A stretch of DNA of 64,000 nucleotides from Hemiscyllium ocellatum (taxonomy: Eukaryota). The notes under the pieces were generated by a model. That model saw only the letters and a program-made list of their open reading frames with translations. It was not told the origin of the DNA and ran no database searches. The translations under genes and the position numbers were made by a program. Of the stretch, positions 24,366-36,904 are shown in pieces; the first letter of the stretch is position 1; each line of letters begins with the position of its first letter. Where the stretch lies: positions 13,639,259 to 13,703,258 of the forward strand of contig NC_083409.1 of the NCBI RefSeq assembly GCF_020745735.1, written 5' to 3'.

Positions 24366-26944
24366 CTCTCGGCCTTGATAATTTGCTTCAGTGATAGAAT
24401 CACGTAATGACGGAATCTGTACAATGTTGAAGCAGGCCATTCACTCCAATGAGTTCACACCAATCCTCCGAAGAGCATCCCACCCAGATCCAAACCAATG
24501 CACTATCCCTGCAACCTGCATTTCCCAATGGCTCATCCACCCAGTCTGCTACATTGTGAGTGGGAGGGGATAGTGCTCTCCATTGACACCAGGCTGACAC
24601 CTCTCGGTCCAATAGCTTGCCTTGCTTCCCCATCCCAGCCCAAACTTGGAGGAATGAGACCACCTGGGGAGGCTCGAGATGTTTCCCAGCCAGAGATAGT
24701 GCCTTCAGGAGAGAGATGGTGAACAGATGATAGGGGCAGGGGGCTGGGGGGTCTGTTGTCTTGAGGTGGGGTGTAGGACACATTGAAGCAGGCGATGGCA
24801 GGTGCTGAACCCTTTCCCCAGAAAGAGTTTGTAAGTTGATGGGTGAAAGTAGCGGGGGGGGGGGGGGGGGGGGGCACTAGAGTAATCTTTTGTTGCTGCT
24901 GAAACTCTTGCTGCCTGCTCAGTCACGTCTGAGACACACACAGACACAACAGACACACAGGAGGCAGCTTTCTGTGGATGTTCTCCTGAGGCAGGTCTCA
25001 TCAATCACGGAGCTATGGTCAGTAACAGTGTAAGCTGTGTAGCCCTGAAAGCCTGAGTCTGCAACTCAGCTCAGAAGGACATCAGCTCATTCGTCAAACC
25101 TGGTTCTGTCCCTCTGCAGCCTAGCCGGTCTGCCTGTGCCTTTTCACCACTCCCAGGTTTTCCCTTGTGTTACAGCTCATTCTCCTGAGGGACAGCTGTA
25201 CTAAGGCCCAGTGGAGTGGACTCGATGGGCCGAATGGCCTTCCTTCCACTCCAAGTCTCATGATCTTGTTACTCTGTCAGATCCTCAGCAAGAAACTCAT
25301 GGCTAACCATCGCCCTCTCCAGGATAGTTAGGGAAGGACAATAAATAGCAGACACGTCAATGCTCTCCCCATTCCAGGAGTAATCAACATAACTGATGGA
25401 CAATTCAAACAATCAAACTGATGGAAGGTGGTTCAATCATTCCAGTGATTAAACTTCACCTGGTAATTCCTGTACTAAGTTCAAGGTGAAACTATCCTGG
25501 TCTCTGCTGAATTTAGATCAATTTTCATTGTTAACTTAATACATTTCCATCTTCATTCTTTCTCTCCAAACTGATCCTCATTTGAATGTTGCGAAAAACA
25601 AAACATTTTGTTGAAGTTTTTTGTCTTGTACGCATCAGGAGAATTTACAAGAAATGCCACAGCAAAGGGAAACAATATTTAAACTGGTGTGTTCATAGTG
25701 ACAACATCTCAACCTATCAGCTCTTTCCTCATATGCAATATCAATGTCATGTTTTTCTCCTTTGATTGGTACTTTTACAATTATCCTGATGAAGGCAAAA
25801 TGAAAAGCTGCCAAACACTGGGCATTTTTCAGGCCAGTTCAATATTCTCAAATGACTATTTGATCCTAATTTGCTCTTTTGCTTCAGACCTGTTCAAATT
25901 CCAAGAAGTAATTCTGTCCCATTTTGAATGGAGGACCCAGTTTACCAGAACTTACGAAATTCCAATCTCTGCATCAAAATATTTTTCCTGATCTCCTTCC
26001 TGTACCTGGTGAATGACCAGAGAATGTGTCATTTTGCCTTTCTGTTTGTCAGTATTGACAGTAAATCTACATTTACTGTGTCGATTTCATAAAGAAGTTT
26101 TGTTATCAGAATACCATCCCTCCCCACCTCGAGATCCTATTCTGGTGTTTCCCTGTAACCTGGATCCCCTGTCCCTGTCCCTGGACCATTCTGCAATGCC
26201 CCTCAATGAAGCTCCTAACTGTACACCATATCCCAGATGTGACCTAACCATTCTTCAGTACAGCTGTCCTGGCCACTCTCTCCTTCCTCTTGATATTCAT
26301 TCCAAAATCCCACTGGCTTCACCCATTTCTTTTTTTCTGATTTTCTTTCCCAATTTTAAGCATGTATGTTGCTCAACATCCTTTCTTGCCCACTGCAGTA
26401 CATTGTTTACAATATGAGCTACACTTCATCCTTTAACGTTCTGAGTCATTACAACCAGGAAAGCTGTCAACAGAAAAAATCAATTAATCCCATTGCCCTG
26501 CTCTATCCCAACAGCTTCAATGTATTTATGGTGCATTCAATGGCATCTGACACTTGTCTGTCTTACACTCTTACACCCACTAATGGCTTTCTCTTGTGTT
26601 CTTCCTGACAAATTGCTGTTTATTGCAGTTTGGTGACACACTTTGGTAGCCGTTTGTTCGGTCTTTGAGTGTAACTCATTTTGTGCCTGATCCGTAGGGG
26701 ACTCCACCTTGCAATTTAAAAATGCAGACTCACCCATATCATGGCCGATGCTCCAGTCTTTAAAAGCGATGAGTTCAAGCCTCACCAGTTTAATCATTTG
26801 AATTGTACGTCATTTATTTTCATTTCTCCTGGGACAGGGCAAGCTTTGATGTGTCTGCTATTTGTTGTCCTTCCCTAATTGTCCGGGAGAGGGCAGTGGT
26901 GAGCAATGTCAAATCTGGAACATAAAACATTACAGCGCAGTACA

Positions 26945-27345
26945 GGCCCTTTAACCCTCTGTGTTGCACCGACCTGGGGAACTATTCTCTTCTTCTGCCT
27001 GGGAACCCTCCAACCACAAGGGATGAACTCAGATTTCTCCAGTTTCCTCATTTCCCCTCCCCCCACCTTGTCTCAGTCGATTCCCTCGAACTCAGCACCA
27101 CCCTCCTAACCTGCAATCTTCTTCCTGACCTCTCCGTCCCCACCCCACTCCGGCCTATCACCCTCACCGTGACCTCCTTCCACCTATCACATCTCCATCG
27201 CCCGTCCCCCAAGTCCCTCCTCCCTACCTTTTATCTTAGCCTGCCTGGCACACTCTCCTCATTCCTGGTGAAGGGCTCTGGCCCGAAACGTCGAATTTCC
27301 TGTTCCTTGGATGCTGCCTAGCCTGCTGTGCTTTAACCAGCAACA
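26945..27345 (+). mobile_element. Penelope-like 3' fragment
   Basis: Homologous to the 3' end of the 54216-55597 element. Confidence 0.7.
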
Positions 27346-29360
27346 CATTTTCAGAACTATTCTGAAGCCCATCTATCCTACACTATTCCATTTTCATCCA
27401 TATGTTTATCCCGTGACCATTTAATTGCCTTTAGTGTTGGCGAGTCTGCTACTGTTGCAGGCTGTGCATTCCATGCCCCTACTAGTCTCTGAGTAAAGAA
27501 ACTACTTCTGACATCTCTCCTATATCTATCACCCCTCAATTTAAACCTATGTCCTCTCAGCATCTGAGGAAAAAGGCTCTCACTGTCCACCCTATATAAC
27601 CTTGTGATTATCTTAGTGTATCGCAATTAAGGCAACTCTCAACCTTCTTCTCTCTAACAAAAACAGCCACAAGTCCCCCATCCTTTCCTCATAACGCCTT
27701 CCCTCCATGCCAGGCAACATCCTATTATATTTCCTCTGAATTCTTAAATTCCCACATCCTTTTTTTAATGTGGTGACAACAACTGAATGAAATACTCCAA
27801 TTGTGGCCACACCAGAGTTTTGTACAGCTGCAACATGATCTCATGGCTCCTAAATCCAATCTCTCTACCAATAAAAGTTAACCCACCATAAGCCTTCTTA
27901 ACCACCCTATCAAACTGGATGGCAACTTTCAAGGATCTGTGTACATGGACACTGAGATCTCTCTGCTCATCTACACTACTAAGCACCTTACCATTAGCCC
28001 AGTGCTCTTTATTCCTATTGCTCCTTTCAAAGTGAATCACCTCACATTTTTCTGCATTAAACTCTGCATTTCCCACCTCTCAACCCAGCTCTGCAGCTTA
28101 TCCATGTCTCTGTGTAACCTGCAATATCCTTCAGCACTATCCACAACTCCACAAACCTCAGAGTCATCCGCAAATTTATTCACCCATCCTTCTATGCCCT
28201 CATTCAGGTAATTTATAAAAATGACAAACAGCAGTGGTCCCAAAAGAAATGTTTGCGTTACACCACTAGTAACTAAACTCCAGGATGAACATTATCCATC
28301 AATAACCATGTTCTGTCTTCTTTCAGCTAGCCAACTTCTGATAAAACCGCTAAATCACCCTCAATCCCATGCCTCTGTATTTTGTGCAATAGTCTATCGT
28401 GGGGAACCTTATCCAATGCCTTACTGAAGTGCATATCCACCACATCAACCACTTTACCCTCATGCACCTGTTTGGTCACCTTCTCAAAGAACTCAATAAG
28501 GTTTGTGAGACCCGATCTACCGTGTTGACTATCCCTAATCAATTTATTCCTTTCTAGATGACTATAAATCCTATCTCTACTAACCTTTTCCAACATTTTA
28601 CCCACAACTGAAGTAAGGCTCACTGGTCTATAATTACCAGGGTTGTCTCTACTCCACTTCTTAAACAAGGGGACAACATTTGCTATCCTCCAGTCTTCTG
28701 GCACTATTCCTATAGACAATGACAACATAAAGATCAAAGGTAAGGTCTCTGTAACCTCCTGGCTTCCCAGAGAATCCCAGGATAAATCCCACCCAGCCCA
28801 GGGGACTTATCTATTTTCACACTTTCCAGAATTGCTAGTACCTCCTCCTTGTCAATGTCAATCCTGTCAGTCTAGTAACCTGTATCCCAGTATTCTCCTT
28901 GATAACGTTGTCTTTTTCCAGTGTGAATACTGAAGAAAAATATTCATTAGCACTTCCCCATCTCTTTGCACTCCACGTACAACTTTCTACTACTCTCTTT
29001 GATTGGCCCTAATCTTTCTCCAGTCATTCTTTTATTCCTGATATACCTATACAAAGCTTTCGCATTATCCTTAATCCTATCCACCAACAACATCTCATGT
29101 CCCTTCCTGGCTTCCTAGCTCTCTCTTTTGGTCTTTCCTGGCTAACTTGTAACTCTCAAGCACCCAAACTGAGCCTTCAGGTCTCATCCTAACATAACCT
29201 CCTTCTTCCTCTTGACAAAAGATTCAACTTCTTTCGTAAACCACAGCTCCCTCGCTCGGCCACTTGCTTCCTGCTTGACAGGTGCATACTTGTTCCGTGA
29301 ATAAGCTCCACATTTCAGTTGGGCCCATCCCCTGCAGTTTCCTTCCCCGATCCTATTCAT
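27345..29360 (-). mobile_element. CR1 ORF2 insertion in the C3 downstream cassette
   Basis: PEDWRIANVVPLFKK, GPLLFVIFIN..KFADD, LYKTLVWPQLEY. Confidence 0.85.
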
Positions 29361-29904
29361 CCTAAATCTTGCCTAATCGCATCATAGTAGCCTGTCCTCC
29401 ACCAATAACCTTTGCCCTGCAGTATATATCTATCTCTTTCCATTGGTCTGGTAAACAAAACCAAATTGTGGTCACTATCATCAAAGTGCTCACCTACCTC
29501 CAAATCTAATAACTGGCCAGTTTCATTAACCAGCACCAAACCCAACGTGGCCTTCCCAGTCTGGGAAGGAAGGTGCTGGGATGGGTACAAACAAAAACCA
29601 TGAAACTCAATGTCATGTTCACAAATGTTCTTTAGGCAAGGGATCCCAGTCATCACCCGGTCTGTGACCCCAGTCCCACAGTGACATGATTCATTCTTAA
29701 CGGCCCTATGACTATCCTCAGTAAAGAACTCAGTCCGAGCAGCTGGAGATGGCAATAAACATGAGGCTTGTCAATTACATTAATGCCCCGAGAAGGAATA
29801 ATGCAGCTCTTTGCTGTCTGCCTTTGAGCCTCTGGTCCACCACACTCTCGCTGTCATGGGTCTCTAATCCTCTCACATTAATTCATTAGATGATGGCAAT
29901 ATGT

Positions 29905-30134
29905 GGGCGGCACGGTGGCACAGTATTCAATTCCCACCTCAGGCTACTCTCTGTGTGGAGTTTGCACATTCTCCCCGTGTCTGCGTGGGTTTACTCCGGG
30001 TGCTCTGGTTTCCTCCCACAATCCAAAAATGTGCAGGTTAGGTGAATTGGCCACGCTAAATTGCCCATAGTGTTAGGCGTGGATTTGTTGGGCCGAAGGG
30101 CCTGTTTCCACACTGTAAGTAATCTAAAAAAAAA
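29905..30134 (+). mobile_element. HE1-type SINE (internal deletion)
   Basis: Same head and tail. Confidence 0.8.
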
Positions 30135-30514
30135 TGCGTTGAGCTTTTACTTTGAATTGTCAGGTCTCTTTTCCCATGCCTCTCTCCTCCCACCTCCTTC
30201 CAAGCCTTTCACCAGATGTTTCCTGTGACAGCCTTGCTGTGCAGAGTGAAAGCTCTCTGTGTTCTCTGAGCCCTCGCTCTGTCTTGTGTCTGTCTACTCT
30301 CGAATTTTCATTTACTCAGGAAGGTAAGTGTTACAGAATTAAGTGGGAATATGTTCCAGGTCAGCCATGGCCTGACTGACTGACTGGGGAACCAGGCCGA
30401 AACAACTGATAATTCATTCCCACTGGAATCCACCGGAATGGCTGCTGTTTCGTTCAGATGCTCATAGCCCAGGACTTGACGCGTGGTTCTCAGCAGCGGT
30501 ACCAGCACTCTATA

Positions 30515-30529
30515 GCCACTAGAGGGCAG
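30515..30529 (+). promoter_or_regulatory. CTCF core motif, C3 unit
   Basis: GCCACTAGAGGGCAG on plus, at the homologous position. Confidence 0.7.
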
Positions 30530-30882
30530 CTGTTTCACTGACCCTGAACAGAACAAATGAACTGGGGCCCTGCTCGGGTCGAACCGGTTCAATCTGGAGA
30601 AATGAGGAGAGAGAGAGAGGGGGTGGGGGGGAAAGCTTCTGAACCAGGATATTTATCACACCCAAATGAAATGTCCTCTGTGATTTGTTTGTCTTCAAAG
30701 TGTGTTTTTTTATTCATTCTCTGATACACATAGACAATGTCAGTACTGAGTGGGACAAAGTATATTTCCTCCTCTAACCCCTTTCCAAAACACCCTCTCC
30801 ATCTTGTTTTACTCCTTATTGCCTCTTCTACAATTGTCCCTGTTCCCTCACTCCGTCCCGGTCCCTGAGGGATTGGTGGTCG

Positions 30883-30982
30883 GAGTTCATGACCCCACAC
30901 TGTGTGAAGGTTGGTGTGAAGTGAGGCCAGTGTGTTGGAGCTTGGGCTCCTGCCTCAGGCCCAGGTGTAGGGGCCTGTTCAA
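30883..30982 (-). repeat. 100-bp near-invariant element, copy B
   Basis: One substitution versus copies A and C. Confidence 0.9.
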
Positions 30983-33246
30983 TAATGTGCACAATGTTTT
31001 GGTTTTTCTTTCTGATCACAGACATTTTAATATTGCTTAACAAACTAAAGATGGAAATATGTCAGTGCCGGGATCATTTAACATCTTGGTCCTAGTTGTT
31101 CATGGACCCTCACGCGTGATAACACAGTTTTCAATGTTTCTCTCCCCTTACGTGTTATGAAGATCTTTGCAAACATGTTTTGATGAGGACAGTGTGTCTT
31201 CAACACCATGTAACGGAGTGGGTGGGTTTATGAATTTGTATCCCACTACGTCCACTTTCAAGGAAAACTACCTCCACTGACCCATTTCTTTGGCCGCCAT
31301 TTGCAGCAAAAGCAAATCCCTCCCTTTGCCAGCACAAAGAGAAGGTGCCTGTCAGATTCCCTCGTGTGTGATGGTTTAGCCCAATAGGAGCAGCACTGGT
31401 AGACCATGCTGTATCAGCCTGGACAGACACCTGGGCAACCTCCAAATGAAAGGATGACCTTCAGTAGATCTACTGCCACATGAAATATAGAATTGGAATC
31501 CTTGTTCCCGAATCACCTCATCAAAGCCAAATACAACTGAGAAAATATAAACCAAACCAACTTCCCAAGGTCATTCATCAGAACATAACAAGAAATTGGT
31601 TAACAGACAGTTACTGTCTCCTTTCTCTGGAGAGTGTCACTGTAACTGTCCCCTCTCTCTCAGGGGAGTGTAGTTGTTCCTCTCCCCTCCCTCTTTGGGG
31701 CCATGCCATTTTGAGCATCCTTTCTGTCTGAGGATGTGACTGTTCCTGTCCCCCAACTCTCTCAGCATCAGGGAGGGGCTTGACAGCACCTGGTTTGTTA
31801 ATTCCATTTACTTTCTTGTGAAATGGGTAATCCCTGCTTCACTATACTGACCTGTGTGTCAATACCCGGTACAGCTCACCCTCCATCTCAATCAGATCAC
31901 AGGGTCTAAGGTTGGTCAGTACTGTCTGGCCCCAGAACAATAACACTGACTGACTGGAGACAACCCAGATCAAGTCCCAATAAGAGTGTTATTGACCTTC
32001 ACACTCAAAGCCCACCGAGAAGGTGGTCATCAGTCTCAAATGTTGTCGCAGTGTAATGTTTCCCAGAGAAGTAGGAGCCAGTCTAGATTTTAAACAAGGG
32101 AGGGATGTTGTGCGGAGACAGATGGGAAGGCATGGAGAGGAAACAAAAAGGAGAGAGAATTGTATTTCTGTTACACCATTCATGAGCTCATGATGTTCAA
32201 TGCTGCTTACAGTCAATGGGATACTTCTGATGTGGAGACAATGTTGTAATGTGGGGAATGCATCAGCCCATTTACTCTCAGCAGGCTCCCACAATAACAG
32301 TGAGCTATTGACCAAGACATTGGGGCTAGAGAATGGAAGAGGCTGGAAAATAAAACCCAAGCAGTCAGTGAGGCCTGAGTATTGGCTGGGTAGGAGGGAG
32401 ATGGCAAAGCAAAGGGGCTTCTTAAAATTCATTCATGAGATGTGGGCATCACTGGTTTTGCTGGCATTTTATACCCATCTCTAGCTGCCCTGTGAAGGTG
32501 GTGGTGCACTGCCTTCTTGAACTGCTGCAGTCCATGTACTGTAGAAAGACCCACAATGCTCTTTGGGAGGGAATTCCAGATTTTTTTTCCCAGTGACAGT
32601 GAAGGAATAATGATATATTTCCAAGTCAGGGTGGTGAGTGAACGGAAGGGGCTGTTTCAGGGTGTGGTGTCCTTATATGTCTGTTGCCCCTATTCTTTGA
32701 GATGGAACTATTGGTGGGTTTGGAAGGTGCTATCTCAAGGAAGCTTGGTGAGCTGGTGGTGATGGTACAGCTGACTGAAAATGATCACCTCTCCAAAGCC
32801 AGTGGTCACTCCCTTTCCTTTTATATCAGTGAAACCTGTCAATAAATGACTTCTAGTCAGTAATAGCAACAATAACAATTTGTATTGACATAACATCTTT
32901 AATGTAGGAACCAACCAAAAGTTGGGCACATACAGTGTTTTTGCTTATGACCAAAAGAAGACAAAGAGCTCATTTGAAGAAGTGAGAGGGGTTTGTAGTG
33001 GAAATCCCCGTGCTGAGGGCCTGGGAGACTGAAGGCACAGCTGCCAGTCATGAGGTGGAAGGCCAGACTGGAGAGTTTGGGAAATGGGGGAGGGATTGAG
33101 GATAACTGAGTGGTCCATTATATCACCGCCCCACCTGCTGCAGCAGGAGACTGGGGAGAGGAATTGGGAGGAGAAAGTGAGGTCTGCAGATGCTGGAGAT
33201 CAGAGCTGAAAATGTGTTGCTGAAAAAGCGCAGCAGGTCAGGCAGC

Positions 33247-33340
33247 ATCCAAGGAACAGGAGATTCGACATTTCGGGCATAAGCCCTTCCTCAGGAAGAA
33301 GGGCTTATGCCCGAAATGTCGAATCTCCTGTTCCTTGGAT
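33247..33340. repeat. Perfect 43-bp inverted repeat with 8-nt spacer (Penelope-derived end)
   Basis: 33247-33289 is the exact revcomp of 33298-33340. Confidence 0.9.
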
Positions 33341-34080
33341 ACAGAGAGGAATCAGGAGGCTGGGCAAGGCACCACCCAGAGGCTGGAGGCTGCTACTGCA
33401 GGCAGTCTCCAAACCAGTTCTCTCTGAGGGAATGGCACTGGAGCACACAAGACCATGGGAAATAGGAGCAGGAGGAGGACTGCAATGCCAGTCCATGCTT
33501 TCGTAAGTACAGGGACCAAAACTGCACACAGTACTCCACGTGCAGACTCACGAACACCTTGTACAGTTATAACAAGGTTTCTCTACTTTAACATTCCAAG
33601 CCAAGCAATAAAGGCCTCAATTCCATTCACCTTCTCAATGACTTGCTGCACCTGCACTAACTTTTTGTGTTTCTTGCAGAAAAACACCCAGATCCCTCTG
33701 CACTGCACTTTGTTGGAATCTCTCTCCATTTAAATAATAATCTGTATTTTGATTATGCGTACTGAAGTGCATGACCTTCCACTTTCTGTCTTTATACTCC
33801 ACCTACTGTGTATTAGTGTCTCATTTCTAGTTTGGTCTTCTCTATGTGATTGTCCATCTCTGTGCATCTGCCCGTACCATGTCCCATTCCCATTTGCTTA
33901 CGGCCCAGAGACTTGGGTGTCCAGCCCTTTCCTGCTGGTTCCATTCAATATTGAACAGCTCCCTCCAGACAACGTAGCCCAGCATGACATCCCCTCCTTC
34001 AACTGGGATTTTCCTTGCTGTCCTGTGGTGGCACATTCAAGGCTCGGAGAGTTACTTCATGACTCGGTCCCAGACTCTGT

Positions 34081-34345
34081 GACGGGGGAGGGGGTAGGAA
34101 CAGAGGGAGATCCAGGCTGCATGACTGGGGAGTAAGGGGGAGACCCAGGGTCCAGACTCCGTGACTGCAGAGTGAGGTGGAGACTCAGGCCCAGGCTCCG
34201 TGACTGGGGAGTGAGGGGAGACCCAGGGCCCATGCTCCATGACTGGGGAGTGAGGGGGAGACCCAGGGCCCAGGCTCCATGACTGGGGAGTGAGGTGGAG
34301 ACCCAGGGCCCAGGCTCCGTGACTGGGGAGTGAGGTGGAGACTGC
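34081..34345. repeat. 39-40 bp G-rich minisatellite, about 6 copies
   Basis: gactggggag unit starts at 34123, 34163, 34202, 34241, 34281, 34321. Confidence 0.9.
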
Positions 34346-35804
34346 TAGATGATGGTGGGCTGTGAGAAACAAATGACAGTCGACAACTGGAGGCCTTCAC
34401 TGCTTTTCAAAATTAGTCCCAAGGCAAGTTTTCCACTCATCTCAGAGGGCTGGTGTTTCGACAGGGTTAATGGCTTATCCAAAAGTCTGTCCGTGTGAGA
34501 AAGCAGGATTCCCCTTCCTGAGTACATCACAATGTTAAAGCACAACACCATTCCCAAATCTCTGGCACAGTCCTTGAACCTACATCATTCTGGTTGGAAG
34601 CAGAGAGCACAGGCTGGTCATGCTGTGTACCCCATCAGAAAGACCTGTGTGTGATCAGTTATACTGTATGGTATGCTCACAGACTGGGTGGCTAGGAGCT
34701 GGGCAATTGAATACAGCTCCATCTCCTGAGCAGGATGTGCTCCCCCTCCCCTCCACCATCTCCAGCTGGCTGAGATTGGGAAAGAGGATCCGAGTGTCCG
34801 ATTGTACTGTCCGCAAGCTTGTATGTCAGCCAAGTGGATCTAACAGAATATGAATTCCCTGATTGGAGTGGATAATCTGATCCATTCAGGGAGATATGGC
34901 TGACAGAAATAAACAGAGCCACACATCAAATGACACCAGATTATAGTCCAACAGATTTTTTTTTTGAAATTCTTCACATGACTAAGGAGCAGCAACCTGA
35001 TTTCAAATAAACTTGGTGAACTATAACCTGGTGTTGTGTGAATTCTGACTTGTCCACCGCAGTCCGACACCACATCAGAAAGAAACAGGAGTGTCAGACA
35101 TCCTGTTTGCTCTGAGAGCTGCCTCTGAAGGAGCTGGGTCAGTGTCAAGGACCCTCCACATGACGGGCTACTGGCCTCTATGCAGTTGTTACAGTAACAG
35201 TGGGACCCACACTGACAGACACACACCTACAGACAGCATTGAATGACAGTCACACCCACACTGACCAACATACCAACAGACAGTTTTGGGTAAATGTCAC
35301 ACCCATAAGGGGCGTGTATGTCATGAGATCCTGACTGATGCTCTCTCTGAACGAAGACCTCACTCAGTTCAGTTTTGAGCTGTCGCTGTGAGGAACAGGG
35401 TCAGGTGGGAGAAGTGAACGTCACGACTGCAGCGTCCAGCATCTGTGACTGGCCTAAGTTCGTTTCAGGTGTTACCCAGCAGCAGAGAGGGCACAGTGCG
35501 ATCACACCGGCTGAGTCTGGACCAACAGTTTGAAGAGGGAATGTCTCAGACTGTAATGATTCAGCCCCAGCAGCTTTCAGTTTCTGTTTTGTTTGGAATC
35601 TAGTAAACTCAACAGATTCCCAAACAAAGGGATCACTTGGAAATGATTGATGATTGGCTGTCAGTCCAAATTTCAGCCAATGTGTCATTCATTGACAGGT
35701 CAAGCAGCCAATCATGACAATCATTTGCTGACACTCTGCCAATCACCTGAGGGGGCGGTGGGACATTTCCAAAGCACTCACAAGACAGAGACTGAATCTT
35801 CATG

Positions 35805-35810
35805 TTTATT
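35805..35810 (-). terminator. polyA signal of C3 unit
   Basis: AATAAA on minus in the same homologous context. Confidence 0.65.
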
Positions 35811-36248
35811 CCCTTTCCCAAGTTGTCATCAACAGAAAAAACTGTAATAAACAGCCCAGACAGAGGAAGTTGTACACGTTCATAGTCACAATGGAGGCTG
35901 AGGAAAACACTTGCGGAGATTTTCTCAATAACATGAGAATCCTGTCCCTTTAAACAGTGACAAAACCTTAAATTGGAACTGGCGGCTGAGCAGGAAGGAG
36001 ATCTGGTTTACTGAAACAGAGACTTCTGAGGTTCACATTGTTTTGTACAACTGACAGTCTTCAGCAACTTCAAATGATTTTACGTGGCATCACATGTCAT
36101 CCCTGTTCTCATCAAACACTCACTGGTCAAGGACAGCGACGTTTTGATTCAGATTAAAGCTCCTTCTCCACTGTCCCAATGAACTGGCGTGAGCCCTGAA
36201 CCTCAGAAGTGTCTCTGAGCCAGTCCTGAGAAGAAAGAGAGTTGAAAT

Positions 36249-36642
36249 TCAGTGCTGACAATGACCTTTGTCCTGCCAGCTCAGCCCTGTTCTATTTAAA
36301 GTTGTGTCTCCTCTGTGGACTGTCCCCAACACTCTGATGCTCTTGCTGAGGGGAGAGGGGAGGGTCACGTGGGTGAGGGCACAGGAGAAGTGAGCGTTGG
36401 CCTCCCAGTCAGACGCAGAGAGGGTCAGCAGGCTGCTGACACTGTAGGTGCTGTCCGCAGCTCGCAGGTAGTTGCTGGTCTGAACCCCGTCCGAAATGAC
36501 TGCACCGTCCTTCTTCCACTGCACCTCCAGCTCATCGGGATAGAAGTGATTGGCAAGGCACACCAGGGTGGCAGTGCCCTTGGCATTGACCTGCTCTGGG
36601 GAGGGGGGCAGCAGGGTCACCTTGAGCTGAGAGTTCTCATGG
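36249..36642 (-). pseudogene. IGKC: Ig kappa C exon C3: 1-nt loss after the acceptor and 19-nt deletion of the terminal Cys/stop
   Basis: Minus strand reads tttcag|c cat gag aac versus tttcag|gc cgt gag aac in C4. 3' end agcatcag|agtgttgg lacks gagatcagaatgtgtgtag and reads through to a stop at 36249. Confidence 0.85.
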
Positions 36643-36904
36643 CTGAAAGACAAAAGAACCAATTTTAGTCCCTGCCATTTGGCAGGATTTTCAACTCTCC
36701 AAACATTAACTAGCAGAACTAGTAGTTTGAACATTTGTATCCAATACAGAACAAACCTAACAAAAGAATGGCCGTTTGTTAAAATTCCTTTTTGCTGGTG
36801 CAGTTTGAAGTCCCCCACCCAGTGTACACTCTGTGTTCAACGTGGCCGAGAGACTGATTCATCAGCCGAGGGAGAACAGTACATGGTAATCAGCGGGAGA
36901 ATTC

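Noticed and set aside
32200-32400. ORF with NVGNAS...GWKIK resembling the upstream RNase L exon (NVGNES...KWTTK)
   Set aside because: The sequence is the antisense of a Deu-SINE core and is paralogous to 15210-15320 in the C1 cassette; the resemblance is coincidental.
24030-34345. CRISPR-like arrays
   Set aside because: Contiguous tandem minisatellites without unique spacers, in eukaryotic DNA.
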